This document shows, piece after piece, positions 45,783 to 54,397 of a DNA stretch of 64,000 bases (position 1 is its first letter; each line of letters opens with the position of its first letter). The notes under the pieces are model-generated. The model was given only the letters and a program-made list of their open reading frames with translations, made no database searches and had not been told where the DNA came from. A program made the position numbers and the translations under genes. The DNA is from a virus, in the IMG/VR virus record IMGVR_UViG_3300045988_123588. The stretch is one strand, 5' to 3'.

Positions 45783-47494
45783 TACAGTTTGGTAATATTA
45801 TAATCGAGGGCTTCTGTTCTATATCTCACTTGGAACTAAATCTAAGCTCAAAGGGGATAACTGTAATTAGAGGGGCAACAGGAGAGGGTAAGACTACAAT
45901 CTTATCAGCTTTAGTTTGGGGTGCTTATGGTAAGAATCTAAAGGGTAAATCAGATGTAAATACTTGGGAGAAGTATCGACCCAAATCCTATCAGGGAACC
46001 AAGGTAGAAATATACTTTGGTAAGAATGGTAAAACTCATAAGATAACCCGATGCCTTAAGTATAAAGGTGAAGTGAATGGAGCCAAAGGTAAAGATAGAC
46101 TTATATATGAGATAGATGCTGTTGAAGTACAAGAGAAAAGTAAGGGGGAGATACAGGCGCTTATAATCGCTGATTTAGGTATGTCGTATAGCCTTTTTAT
46201 GAATTCAGTACTATTCGGTCAGGGTATGAAAAGACTGATACAAGAATCTTCTTCAGACAAGAAAGAATTGTTTGAGGAAATTTTTGAGTTGGAATACATA
46301 TCTAAAGCCAGAGATATTGCTAAGGGTTACTATACTGAAGCTCTGAAAGAGTATCAGAATATCTCTCAAAGATATAGAACCTTAGAGGATAAGAAACAGT
46401 CAGTTCAAAGGATGGTTGATGACCTAAAGAAACAGGCCAATACCGTGAAAGATGACATATCTTCAAAGGTTAAAGTTCTTGAGAAGAAATTATCACTGCT
46501 AGCTAAGGCAAAAAAATCAAATGAGCTTAAGGAGACAGTAACTCAGAAAAACCGAATAGAACAAAAGTTATCAGATGCAAAAGATAGTCAAAGGGATATT
46601 ATCAATAAGATAAATGATGCCAAGAAGAAAACTAAGGTATCTCTAGAAGAGTTCATTGAAGGAATAATAAAGTTATTGAAGAGGGGTGATATTAAGAACT
46701 CTTTGAAACGCCTAATAGAAGTAAAGAAAGCCTTCGGAGACATTGAAAGGTTACAGGGTAAATATTCCAAGATATCCGACAGGATATCTGGTTATCGAGA
46801 TGAACTGGAAGAACTTAGAGATAAGGAATACGAAGTAAAGAAGATACAAAGAGAGATAGAACAAGTAGAATCAGAAATCAAAAGGTTATCTTCAGAAAGG
46901 CGGGTAGGAGTGAATAAGGGGTTAATAACCAAATATAAAGCCCAGCTTTCAACCTTAACCAAGAAATTATCAACCATAGGAGAGAAAATGGAAAGCCAGA
47001 AAGAAAAGGTTGATAATTACAAATGGGTAATGGATGACCCTCTTGGGAATAGAGGTATAAAAGCATTCCTATTCGAGAGCTCCATGGATATTCTGAATGA
47101 AACACTTGAATCATACTCTGATGTACTTGGGTTCAATATCTTATTCTATGTAGATATACAAGGAGTAAAGAAGGATTTTAATACCCAGATAATTATGGAT
47201 GGTATAGAAGTATCATATGAGGAGTTATCTGGTGGTCAGAAGCAATTAGTAAACTTAGCTATGGCCTTTGCAATGAATGAAGTGATGACCAAAGCTAAGG
47301 GATTAAATATAGCTTTCTTGGATGAGGTATTTGAAAACCTTAGTTCAGAATACGTAGAATTAGTTATAGGGTTAATTCGCAAGATATATAAGGATAAAAC
47401 CCTATATCTCATATCCCACCAGGAATCATTGCCAATTCCTAATGCCAGGGTGCTTACTGTGACCAGAGAAAGAGGCCTTTCACAATACCACTAA
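45779..47494 (+). CDS. Rad50/SbcC-like ATPase (T4 gp46-like)
   Basis: Walker A is RGATGEGKTTIL, followed by a long coiled coil. The signature motif is LSGGQKQLVNLAMAFA and Walker B is IAFLDEVFENL. Confidence 0.9.
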   Translation: MIQFGNIIIEGFCSISHLELNLSSKGITVIRGATGEGKTTILSALVWGAYGKNLKGKSDVNTWEKYRPKSYQGTKVEIYFGKNGKTHKITRCLKYKGEVNGAKGKDRLIYEIDAVEVQEKSKGEIQALIIADLGMSYSLFMNSVLFGQGMKRLIQESSSDKKELFEEIFELEYISKARDIAKGYYTEALKEYQNISQRYRTLEDKKQSVQRMVDDLKKQANTVKDDISSKVKVLEKKLSLLAKAKKSNELKETVTQKNRIEQKLSDAKDSQRDIINKINDAKKKTKVSLEEFIEGIIKLLKRGDIKNSLKRLIEVKKAFGDIERLQGKYSKISDRISGYRDELEELRDKEYEVKKIQREIEQVESEIKRLSSERRVGVNKGLITKYKAQLSTLTKKLSTIGEKMESQKEKVDNYKWVMDDPLGNRGIKAFLFESSMDILNETLESYSDVLGFNILFYVDIQGVKKDFNTQIIMDGIEVSYEELSGGQKQLVNLAMAFAMNEVMTKAKGLNIAFLDEVFENLSSEYVELVIGLIRKIYKDKTLYLISHQESLPIPNARVLTVTRERGLSQYH

Positions 47495-48048
47495 TGACTA
47501 TTGGTATTAAACACTATCAAAACATGAGAAAGAACAGTCGAAACAAAGGAAGCAGGTTCGAGCGTACTATAGCAAAGGCCTGGGAATCCTGGACAGGATA
47601 TAAATTCTCTAGAACTCCAGGTTCAGGAGGATGGGCAAAGGCTAAGGATGCTATGGGAGATTTGGTATGTACTGATGAGAAACACTCACGTCGCTTCCCA
47701 TTCTCAATCGAATGCAAAAACTATCAGGATATTAAGTTCGAACATATACTACTGGGACTTAAGAGCTGTAAAATTATATCTTTTTGGGAACAGGCTACAA
47801 AGGATGCTAAACGTGCAGGAAAAATACCCATACTTATCATGCGGTATAATTCTATGCCAAAAGGTGAAGCTTTCTTTATTGTGGAAGCTGGGAAAATAGA
47901 TTCGTTCCTTATGAACAATTGTTCAGAACTTTCCCGAATGGAGATAAAAACCCCGAAAGTACATTTAGCCGTGTATATGTTCAAAGAAATTCAACGATTG
48001 GTAACATATTCAGACGTATTCAAATACGCTCGTAAATTGAACAAGTAA
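47494..48048 (+). CDS. PD-(D/E)xK Holliday-junction-resolvase-like nuclease
   Basis: GSRFERTIAKAWESWTGYKFSRTPGSGGW...MGDLVC...FSIECKNY gives a D...ExK core. Confidence 0.6.
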   Translation: MTIGIKHYQNMRKNSRNKGSRFERTIAKAWESWTGYKFSRTPGSGGWAKAKDAMGDLVCTDEKHSRRFPFSIECKNYQDIKFEHILLGLKSCKIISFWEQATKDAKRAGKIPILIMRYNSMPKGEAFFIVEAGKIDSFLMNNCSELSRMEIKTPKVHLAVYMFKEIQRLVTYSDVFKYARKLNK

Positions 48049-48049
48049 T

Positions 48050-48760
48050 ATGAAGACCCCCTATATATACTGTATATTCAGACTTGACAGGAAATTCTAC
48101 AAAAGAATCAACTCGGATTTGAAATGTAGGGGGTACAAACATGTGAAGGCCATAGTACCAACTATAAGTGTACTCAAGAAGTCACGAAAAGGTAATAATG
48201 AGTACGAGGATGTACCATTACTGTTCAACTATGGATTCATAAAGATGAAGCCTGAAAAAGCCTTTGACAGATATTACCTAAACAAATTAAAGAAAGATAT
48301 CCCAGGTATAATATCATTCATGAAGTCTTTGGATTACAGACCTAAGAGAAAGAGGTTGAGAGTAGATAATGCCGAAGACTTTGATGATTATTCGGTAGTA
48401 GCCACTATAACTAAGGAAGAGGTAAAGAAATATCGTAGAATGTCTCGAGCAAATAAGATATTCTCGGTAAGTGATATTACCAGAGTTGCTATTGGAGATT
48501 ATGTTGTATTAAGGGGATATCCATTCGAGGGGATACCAGCCATTATACTTGAAAGTAATCTTACTACAAAGATGATGCTGGTAAAGCTATACCCCGAAAT
48601 GAACGGTAGTTTAGAGATAGAAGTACCAATGGAGAATGTACTTTACTCAGCCTACCACGAATCGGATGAATATAAAATGTACTCAGCCGATTATGAGGTA
48701 GATTTATCTCAAATTCCCGATGGTAGTACTGAAGAGATTCTAATGAACAAACAATACTAA
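48050..48760 (+). CDS. NusG/UpxY-like transcription elongation (antitermination) factor
   Basis: The NGN-like N terminus is YIYCIFRLDRKFYKRINSDLKCRGYKHVKAIVPTISVLKKSRKGNNEYEDVPLLFNYGFIKM. The KOW-like segment is VAIGDYVVLRGYPFEGIPAIILE. Confidence 0.55.
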   Translation: MKTPYIYCIFRLDRKFYKRINSDLKCRGYKHVKAIVPTISVLKKSRKGNNEYEDVPLLFNYGFIKMKPEKAFDRYYLNKLKKDIPGIISFMKSLDYRPKRKRLRVDNAEDFDDYSVVATITKEEVKKYRRMSRANKIFSVSDITRVAIGDYVVLRGYPFEGIPAIILESNLTTKMMLVKLYPEMNGSLEIEVPMENVLYSAYHESDEYKMYSADYEVDLSQIPDGSTEEILMNKQY

Positions 48761-48761
48761 C

Positions 48762-49691
48762 ATGGAACGACATCAAGAATTGGCTTGGGATTGTTTGACC
48801 GAGCAAGAGAGGGCCAGCCTTATGTTTATACAAGGCAAGGGTCTATCAACTTGGGAAGCTGGAGAAATTCTCAAGATGTCTCATTACAAGTACTTAGAAT
48901 TAAAGGCAAGAGCTGAGAAATTCTTCAAACTATTCTCCGATTACTTTGAATTACATCCTTCACTGGTAAATCCTCAATCTCCCATAGAACCTCGATTTAG
49001 GGATTACCTATTTGGGGCTATGGTTAAAAGACTGCCCAAAGAGGAAGCTAAAATACATTCAGGAGATTCTTCTTGGTTATTGACTTCTATAACTAATCCC
49101 CGTATCATAAAGAATATGAAAAGGCTGAAAGAATCAGAGAATAAATGGGACAAAGACCTTTATGCTCTGATTCTTGAGTTTGATAGGTGGAATAACTATC
49201 GAATAATGCCCCGGGTATTGCAAGCTCCAACTGCATATAAGAGGAGGTCTACAAAAAAAGATAAGGTATATCTGTCTTACTTACATCGAATACCCGACTT
49301 CAAGATAAGGCAGTTAATAACTGAGTATTGGAAAAACGGTCCCTCAAGTAGAAGATACTTTACAGCTATTGTATCAGAAGAACTCTTTCCTGAAGAAGGT
49401 TATGGAGTAATGCCCATTAAGCGAGAGGATGATATAGTTAAGGCAATAACAGATCTAAGAATATACATATTCGAGAGTCAAACCATTGCAGACACATTTG
49501 GATTATTGGCAACCCAATACTTTGAAAAAACCGTGGATAGTAAAGGGGGCTTGAAGTTCTGGAAAGAGTACAGGGAGGTCATACAGAAAGCTATTAACTA
49601 CAAATCAATAAATAATATGGATTTTACTTGTGAGACTCTAGATACAGCCTATAAGTTACGCAGAAAAAGAACCTTGAAATCGAACTCTTAG
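48762..49691 (+). CDS. HTH (sigma region 4 / LuxR-like) transcription regulator
   Basis: The N-terminal segment is LTEQERASLMFIQGKGLSTWEAGEILKMSHYKYLELKARAEKFFK. 309 aa. Confidence 0.5.
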   Translation: MERHQELAWDCLTEQERASLMFIQGKGLSTWEAGEILKMSHYKYLELKARAEKFFKLFSDYFELHPSLVNPQSPIEPRFRDYLFGAMVKRLPKEEAKIHSGDSSWLLTSITNPRIIKNMKRLKESENKWDKDLYALILEFDRWNNYRIMPRVLQAPTAYKRRSTKKDKVYLSYLHRIPDFKIRQLITEYWKNGPSSRRYFTAIVSEELFPEEGYGVMPIKREDDIVKAITDLRIYIFESQTIADTFGLLATQYFEKTVDSKGGLKFWKEYREVIQKAINYKSINNMDFTCETLDTAYKLRRKRTLKSNS

Positions 49692-49707
49692 AATTTTTAT
49701 ACAAATA

Positions 49708-49738
49708 TTTTGCAACTTCAAGAAATTTGATTATATTT
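49708..49738 (+). promoter_or_regulatory. Bacteroidota-type promoter TTTG-N19-TATATTTG
   Basis: TTTG is at 49708-49711 and TATATTTG at 49731-49738. The -7 box and leader form a 28-mer identical to 57387-57414. Confidence 0.7.
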
Positions 49739-49779
49739 GCAATAGGAAATAAGAAATAAAATTTTATACCTATATAAAT

Positions 49780-50346
49780 ATGCGCAAAAGTAAGAAAAAA
49801 GACAAAAGACCGTTAAAGCTTAACAAGGAAAAGCTAAAGGTCATGGGAAGTGGGTTAGAAAATATGACCTACAAGGACATGAAGAGAAGAGCAGTTTCTC
49901 TCGGCATGCCATTCCCCGATGCTTGTTCAGCTGATTACAATGGACTATCATCATGGATTCACCATTCGGATAATAAGCCGGACAATGCTCTTATCGATGA
50001 ATATGATAAGTGGATGGACCAGCAATTAGAACTTGCTGGATATCCCAAGGATGACCCAATGAGGAATTATCAACTCAATCTTGGGTTCATCGGTGAAGAT
50101 GCAGTCACTAAGCAGAAAAAGACCAAACGGGTAAAGGGGTTGGAAAAACCCAAAAAGCCGAAGAAAGAGAAGGATGACAATGGTCTTTGGAAAGGAACTA
50201 AGAAATCCTACGTATTCGAATTAACCTATAAAGGGTTGTCAATCGATAGAATCACCCGGAGAGTGCAAAAGAGATTCCCAGACGCCAAGGAAAAATCCAT
50301 TCAGCAATGGTATCGGGCAGCACTCCGTAAACAAAAGAAAGAGTAA
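49780..50346 (+). CDS. Basic DNA-binding-like early protein
   Basis: 188 aa, K/R-rich, with a HeH-like segment (MTYKDMKRRAVSLGMPF). It is the first gene after a consensus promoter. Confidence 0.5.
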   Translation: MRKSKKKDKRPLKLNKEKLKVMGSGLENMTYKDMKRRAVSLGMPFPDACSADYNGLSSWIHHSDNKPDNALIDEYDKWMDQQLELAGYPKDDPMRNYQLNLGFIGEDAVTKQKKTKRVKGLEKPKKPKKEKDDNGLWKGTKKSYVFELTYKGLSIDRITRRVQKRFPDAKEKSIQQWYRAALRKQKKE

Positions 50347-50351
50347 ATACC

Positions 50352-51179
50352 ATGCCACGAGTTTATAGGTTTAAGAATGATGATGACTTCGAGGAATCCT
50401 GTTACAGATTAGGAATACCGTGGGTACCTCCTCAGATTATAAAGTTAAGCCGAAGAAGAAAACAAGAGTGGCAAAGGAAAGTACTCTGTGGAAAAATCAA
50501 GGTTCATAAATATAGGGAAAGGAATAAACGCTTTCTAGATAGATACCGGGAATGCTTAAAAGAAGCTACCAGGATTAACGGAGTAGTAGACCCTGATTCT
50601 CTACCTCCAGATGTAAGAGCATACTTCTTGGAAAAGAAGAGGAGGAGAGAATACCATAGGAGATTCGGAAAAGTTATCAAAGAAAGGGACTTAAAGATCT
50701 ACCTTCATAAATGGTATCCATGGTCTTATAATTACAAAGGAGAACCAGCAGTAGTATTACAAGGATTCTACTCTTTGAAGGCAGCCAGAAAAAGGTTTTT
50801 AACTTATTATGGCAGGGAGAATCTGAAAGCAGTGCATTGGATAAAAGGGAAAACAGCATTAGAGAAGAAGTTTGTTATAGGTCAATCTCTACTAATTGCT
50901 GGGAGAAGAAAAAAGCCAATATCTAAGATACTGTTAACCGAGGTATACAGGAACTCAAAATCTTCAGCCCAAAGGGAGTTAGGGAAAAGAATTGCTCGGA
51001 AAAAGAGACTCGGCTCTCAACAGAAAGAAAAGTACTTTTTGAACTTGGTAGATAAGTTTAATTATGGAACAAAAGAATATAGAACTGTTCTCAAGCCTAT
51101 TCCAGAAAAGCTTATTAAGCTATCGAAGGCTAAAGAGATTGAGTCCAAAAGAAAGAAGGCTCTTTACGAAGAAGAGTGA
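50352..51179 (+). CDS. Basic hypothetical protein
   Basis: 275 aa, Arg/Lys-rich. Confidence 0.5.
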   Translation: MPRVYRFKNDDDFEESCYRLGIPWVPPQIIKLSRRRKQEWQRKVLCGKIKVHKYRERNKRFLDRYRECLKEATRINGVVDPDSLPPDVRAYFLEKKRRREYHRRFGKVIKERDLKIYLHKWYPWSYNYKGEPAVVLQGFYSLKAARKRFLTYYGRENLKAVHWIKGKTALEKKFVIGQSLLIAGRRKKPISKILLTEVYRNSKSSAQRELGKRIARKKRLGSQQKEKYFLNLVDKFNYGTKEYRTVLKPIPEKLIKLSKAKEIESKRKKALYEEE

Positions 51180-51606
51180 TTTAACTTGGGACCAATTGAA
51201 AGTGGCATTAGCATATAGGGCTATAACCAAACGTTCTGCTATTAGTTCCATAAGATGGACTAAAAGACATTGGTCAGAATATCAAGAGGCAGTACTAAGA
51301 AGGTTAGGTGGAATGCCTATGGTGAGAAGAAGACTCGAACCGAAGTTTATTCTCAAAGAACTATTAACCCAGGGATTTGTACCAATATCCCAGTTCAAGA
51401 TGAAAACTAAAACTGGATGGTATGCCTATATAATAACTAACCAAAAGGTATGCGGAGAACACTATATTTATCCTGAACACTTTGCTCATGATTATCGAGC
51501 AAATAAAAAAGGTCACCGATATATAAGCGAAGCTTTTTCAGGGATAGGACAAGAAGGATATACGAGAATCTATTATACAGCATATAAAAACGGTTATGCA
51601 AAATGA
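51064..51606 (+). CDS. Hypothetical protein, start uncertain
   Basis: The track ORF overlaps the previous gene by 116 nt. More plausible starts are TTG 51196, GTG 51202 or ATG 51313. Confidence 0.4.
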   Translation: MEQKNIELFSSLFQKSLLSYRRLKRLSPKERRLFTKKSDLTWDQLKVALAYRAITKRSAISSIRWTKRHWSEYQEAVLRRLGGMPMVRRRLEPKFILKELLTQGFVPISQFKMKTKTGWYAYIITNQKVCGEHYIYPEHFAHDYRANKKGHRYISEAFSGIGQEGYTRIYYTAYKNGYAK

Positions 51607-51863
51607 CAGTAGTAAATAAAAGGGAGCCCGAAAACCCCTGGGACGGAGTAAAACTCATAGTGGGAGTCAAAAGGTATTATACCGAAAATGATAATGCGGT
51701 GGATGATACCTACACTCAGGAAGGTGAACCTTTTGAAGTAAAAAATCAGAATGAGTTCACTCAGAAAGTAGAAGCTATCAGGGATAAAAACGTATTCTTG
51801 AAAGCTATGGCAGTCCAAGAAAATAGAGAGATATACACTCAAAAGTTTATCACGAAACTATAA
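51603..51863 (+). CDS. Hypothetical protein
   Basis: 86 aa with an ATGA overlap with the previous gene. Confidence 0.5.
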   Translation: MTVVNKREPENPWDGVKLIVGVKRYYTENDNAVDDTYTQEGEPFEVKNQNEFTQKVEAIRDKNVFLKAMAVQENREIYTQKFITKL

Positions 51864-51903
51864 TCAATCAAACATTTTTTAAACACCTTTAATCAATTTA
51901 ATT

Positions 51904-52413
51904 ATGGCAAAGAAAAAAGCTGCAGCAAAAGAGGTAGAACGCAAGGTTCTCTCTAACGGGGTAATTCTCATCAAATACGATGACGATTCCTATGCACTCC
52001 TGACTCCCATCTCGGCAGAAGACGCCGAAGAAATTTTCGGTGGGGAATCCGAGGATTCGGACGACGAGGACGAAGAAGACGAGGATGAAGATGAGTCGGA
52101 TGACGAAGATTCCGATGAAGACGAAGACGAGGAGGATTCTGACGAAGAAGAAGACGAGGACGAGGACGGCGATGAGGATGAAGAGGACGAAGATGAAGAG
52201 GATGACGACGAGGTAACCCCCGAGGACCTGGCCGGCATGGACTTCGAAGCTCTCGAAGACCTCTGCGACGACAAAGAACTCGAAACTGACCCCGACGAAT
52301 TCGACGAGGAAGACGTCGAGAAACTCCGCAAAGCGGTGGCCAAGGAACTGAACATCACCCTGCCCAAGGCAAAGGCCGCTTCCAAGAAGGACACCAAGAA
52401 AAAGAAAAAGTAA
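51904..52413 (+). CDS. Poly-acidic protein with a ~65-residue D/E tract (DNA-mimic or chaperone candidate)
   Basis: 169 aa. The N terminus is MAKKKAAAKE and is followed by a short beta-like segment. ESEDSDDEDEEDEDEDESDDEDSDEDEDEEDSDEEEDEDEDGDEDEEDEDEEDDDE comes next, then a HeH-like segment (LAGMDFEALEDLCDDKELE) and a KKKKK tail. Codon usage is G/C3-rich. Confidence 0.7.
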   Translation: MAKKKAAAKEVERKVLSNGVILIKYDDDSYALLTPISAEDAEEIFGGESEDSDDEDEEDEDEDESDDEDSDEDEDEEDSDEEEDEDEDGDEDEEDEDEEDDDEVTPEDLAGMDFEALEDLCDDKELETDPDEFDEEDVEKLRKAVAKELNITLPKAKAASKKDTKKKKK

Positions 52414-52442
52414 GGGTCCTTCTGACTATAACCAAATCCAAG

Positions 52443-52508
52443 GGTCCCCCGGGAATCGCTAAATGCTTAAACTCCATAGGCTATGGCCAAACGTTCGGGG
52501 GACCTTTT
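52443..52508 (+). terminator. GC-rich long-loop hairpin plus T tract
   Basis: ggtcccccg (52443-52451) pairs with cgggggacc (52496-52504). The 44-nt loop contains an inner palindrome ccatag-g-ctatgg. It is followed by tttt. Confidence 0.5.
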
Positions 52509-52536
52509 ATAACAAAACCATTTAATCAAATATAAC

Positions 52537-52962
52537 ATGGCAACGAAGAAAAAGGCAGCAGAAGCAAAAGCTGCAAAGAAAGAGGAATCGAAAAAGGGCG
52601 GTAAGAAAGAACTGACCGCTGAAGAGAAGAAGGCTAAGCGAGAAGCGATGAAAGAACGACTCAAGAACCGGGCACCGGGTCAGCGACCGAACAGCAAACA
52701 GTGCGACATCATCGACCTGGGCGGCGGCAACGTTGCAAAGACCTTCGCCATGAACGTCCGGAAGTACGGAGTTCTCATCACCTCGGTCGTAACCGACAAG
52801 GATGGCAAAGTGATTGCCGTCTCGAATGCCACCATTCCGGGGGTATCGGTTAAATCCAAGAAAGAGCACGGCACTCTGGTCCCCAAGGTACCCGGCATGG
52901 GCAAGAAAGGGAAAGCCGCCGAAGCTGAGGATGACGAGGAGGATGAAGACGATGAGGAATAG
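52537..52962 (+). CDS. Lys-rich N-terminus / acidic C-terminus small protein
   Basis: 141 aa: MATKKKAAEAKAAKKEESKKGGKK... with the tail ...AEAEDDEEDEDDEE. Codon usage is G/C3-rich. Confidence 0.65.
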   Translation: MATKKKAAEAKAAKKEESKKGGKKELTAEEKKAKREAMKERLKNRAPGQRPNSKQCDIIDLGGGNVAKTFAMNVRKYGVLITSVVTDKDGKVIAVSNATIPGVSVKSKKEHGTLVPKVPGMGKKGKAAEAEDDEEDEDDEE

Positions 52963-53007
52963 GTCCTGAGCACCCAATCCTACGTACATCAACACTTGAG
53001 TCATACA

Positions 53008-53044
53008 GGGGAGGCCATCCGAAGGTTTAAGGGTGGGCCTCCCC
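53008..53044 (+). terminator. GC-rich hairpin
   Basis: ggggaggcc pairs with ggcctcccc around a 19-nt loop. The T tract is weak. Confidence 0.5.
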
Positions 53045-53059
53045 ACTTTGTATAGATAT

Positions 53060-53287
53060 ATGCAAGACGACGACAGCATCATATATCTGGCATTATGCAA
53101 TCAGCTACAATCATACCAGCTGTTGCTAGAGGAAGAAAAAGATATCTCTGAAGAAAATAGAATGATGACAGAGTATATTATCTCTAGAACAGAGGAATTG
53201 ATTGATAAGTATGCCCAGAAAATAGGAAGTGACACCACTATTCAAAGACCTCAATGGGACAATTTAACACCTCAGTCAAAGGGTTGA
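53060..53287 (+). CDS. Hypothetical protein
   Basis: I moved the start to ATG 53060 because the track GTG start at 53033 lies inside the hairpin. 75 aa. Confidence 0.45.
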   Translation: MQDDDSIIYLALCNQLQSYQLLLEEEKDISEENRMMTEYIISRTEELIDKYAQKIGSDTTIQRPQWDNLTPQSKG

Positions 53288-53313
53288 TATATCGGATTAA
53301 AGAACTAACCAAA

Positions 53314-53634
53314 ATGGTTCAAGATATAGATACAAGGTTATCTATGCCTGGACTGTCTCCTGGTAAAAGGCAAGCTTTAATCAAAGATAAGACCCTAAAA
53401 ATAGGTAAGGTAAAATCTCTGGCAAAGCGCATAGAAGATTTAACAAATGGAAACATCTTAACCATAACTTTTGAAAACAAGGGCTCTGGTGAAAGGTTTA
53501 GGATTACATACACCAACATATCTCAGGATGATGCTGTTGCTCATCTTAAGTTGATGGCAAATCTTCAGGGAATGGAAATAATCATCTCAGAGATAAAGGA
53601 AGTACAGACCAAAAACTCCTTAACCAAACTATAA
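53314..53634 (+). CDS. Hypothetical protein
   Basis: ATG 53314 avoids overlap with the previous gene; ATG 53254 is the alternative. Confidence 0.45.
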   Translation: MVQDIDTRLSMPGLSPGKRQALIKDKTLKIGKVKSLAKRIEDLTNGNILTITFENKGSGERFRITYTNISQDDAVAHLKLMANLQGMEIIISEIKEVQTKNSLTKL

Positions 53635-53683
53635 ACATGCAAAGGTAATTCAAACTAATTTTCATTTAATCAACTCAACAACA

Positions 53684-54247
53684 ATGGCAAAAGACATCAG
53701 CAAAAAAGACCTGGCTGCAAAGAAAGCCCGCCGGGCTCAGAAGGAAATGCTGGCCTACATGGAAGAGAACGACCTCGACCCCAAGAAAGATTGGACAGGC
53801 CACAAGAAGCATGGAAAGAAAATCCAGGCCTGGGTAGACATCATCAATCTCGGGAACAAAAAGGCCAGAGCAGCTACGGAAGAGAAGGCCGTAGAAAAGG
53901 CCAAGAAAAACCAGAAGCCCGAAGCCCATCCTAAGAAGGAAAAGGTCACAAGTACACCCAATGCTTATGACTACCCAACAGTGGACGGCAAGGAGATGAC
54001 CTCTGACCAGAAGAAAAAGTACCGTCAGAAGATGCGTACTCTTCTGAAGACCATGTCCAAAGAGAAAGCAGAGGCCGAGGGCAAGAAGTATGCTGCAGAG
54101 TTGGCATCAGGTGCTCCGGCAGCTGCTCCCAAGAAAGAGAAGAAGGCAAAGAAGGAAGAGCCGGCCAAGGAAAAGAAGGCCGAGAAACCTTCGAAAGAAG
54201 GCAAGGACAAGAAGAAGAAAAAGAAGTCTAAGAAAGAGGAGGATTAA
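53684..54247 (+). CDS. Histone-H1-like lysine-rich protein
   Basis: 187 aa with the tail AAPKKEKKAKKEEPAKEKKAEKPSKEGKDKKKKKKSKKEED. Codon usage is G/C3-rich. Confidence 0.65.
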   Translation: MAKDISKKDLAAKKARRAQKEMLAYMEENDLDPKKDWTGHKKHGKKIQAWVDIINLGNKKARAATEEKAVEKAKKNQKPEAHPKKEKVTSTPNAYDYPTVDGKEMTSDQKKKYRQKMRTLLKTMSKEKAEAEGKKYAAELASGAPAAAPKKEKKAKKEEPAKEKKAEKPSKEGKDKKKKKKSKKEED

Positions 54248-54278
54248 CCCGATAGGCAATCAGTGAAACTTCTCATGC

Positions 54279-54312
54279 CCCCGAATCTATACAAGGTTCG
54301 GGGTTCTTTGTT
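54279..54312 (+). terminator. Intrinsic terminator
   Basis: ccccgaa pairs with ttcgggg around an 11-nt loop, followed by ttctttgtt. Confidence 0.7.
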
Positions 54313-54343
54313 GAACTAACCTATACAACACCACTGAATTTAA

Positions 54344-54375
54344 TTTGCATATTATTATAATAAGTATTATATTTG
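54344..54375 (+). promoter_or_regulatory. Promoter TTTG-N20-TATATTTG
   Basis: TTTG is at 54344-54347 and TATATTTG at 54368-54375. The ATG lies 22 nt downstream. Confidence 0.7.
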
Positions 54376-54397
54376 CATAACGAATAATTATAGAGGA

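Noticed and set aside
51064-51179. Programmed +1 frameshift joining 50352..51179 and 51064..51606
   Set aside because: I saw no recognisable shifty site. The first ORF ends in a natural charged tail. TTG, GTG or ATG starts downstream of its stop explain the second ORF, whose start remains unresolved.
51990-54210. Long antisense ORFs (51990..52397, 52522..53100, 52680..52973, 53675..53929, 53755..53961, 53946..54149, 54025..54210), some longer than the sense genes
   Set aside because: They lie opposite GAR/AAG-rich low-complexity coding sequence, which cannot generate stops on the opposite strand. Their products are Ser/Phe/Leu homopolymer-like. The sense genes have ATGGCA starts, upstream boxes and downstream terminators.
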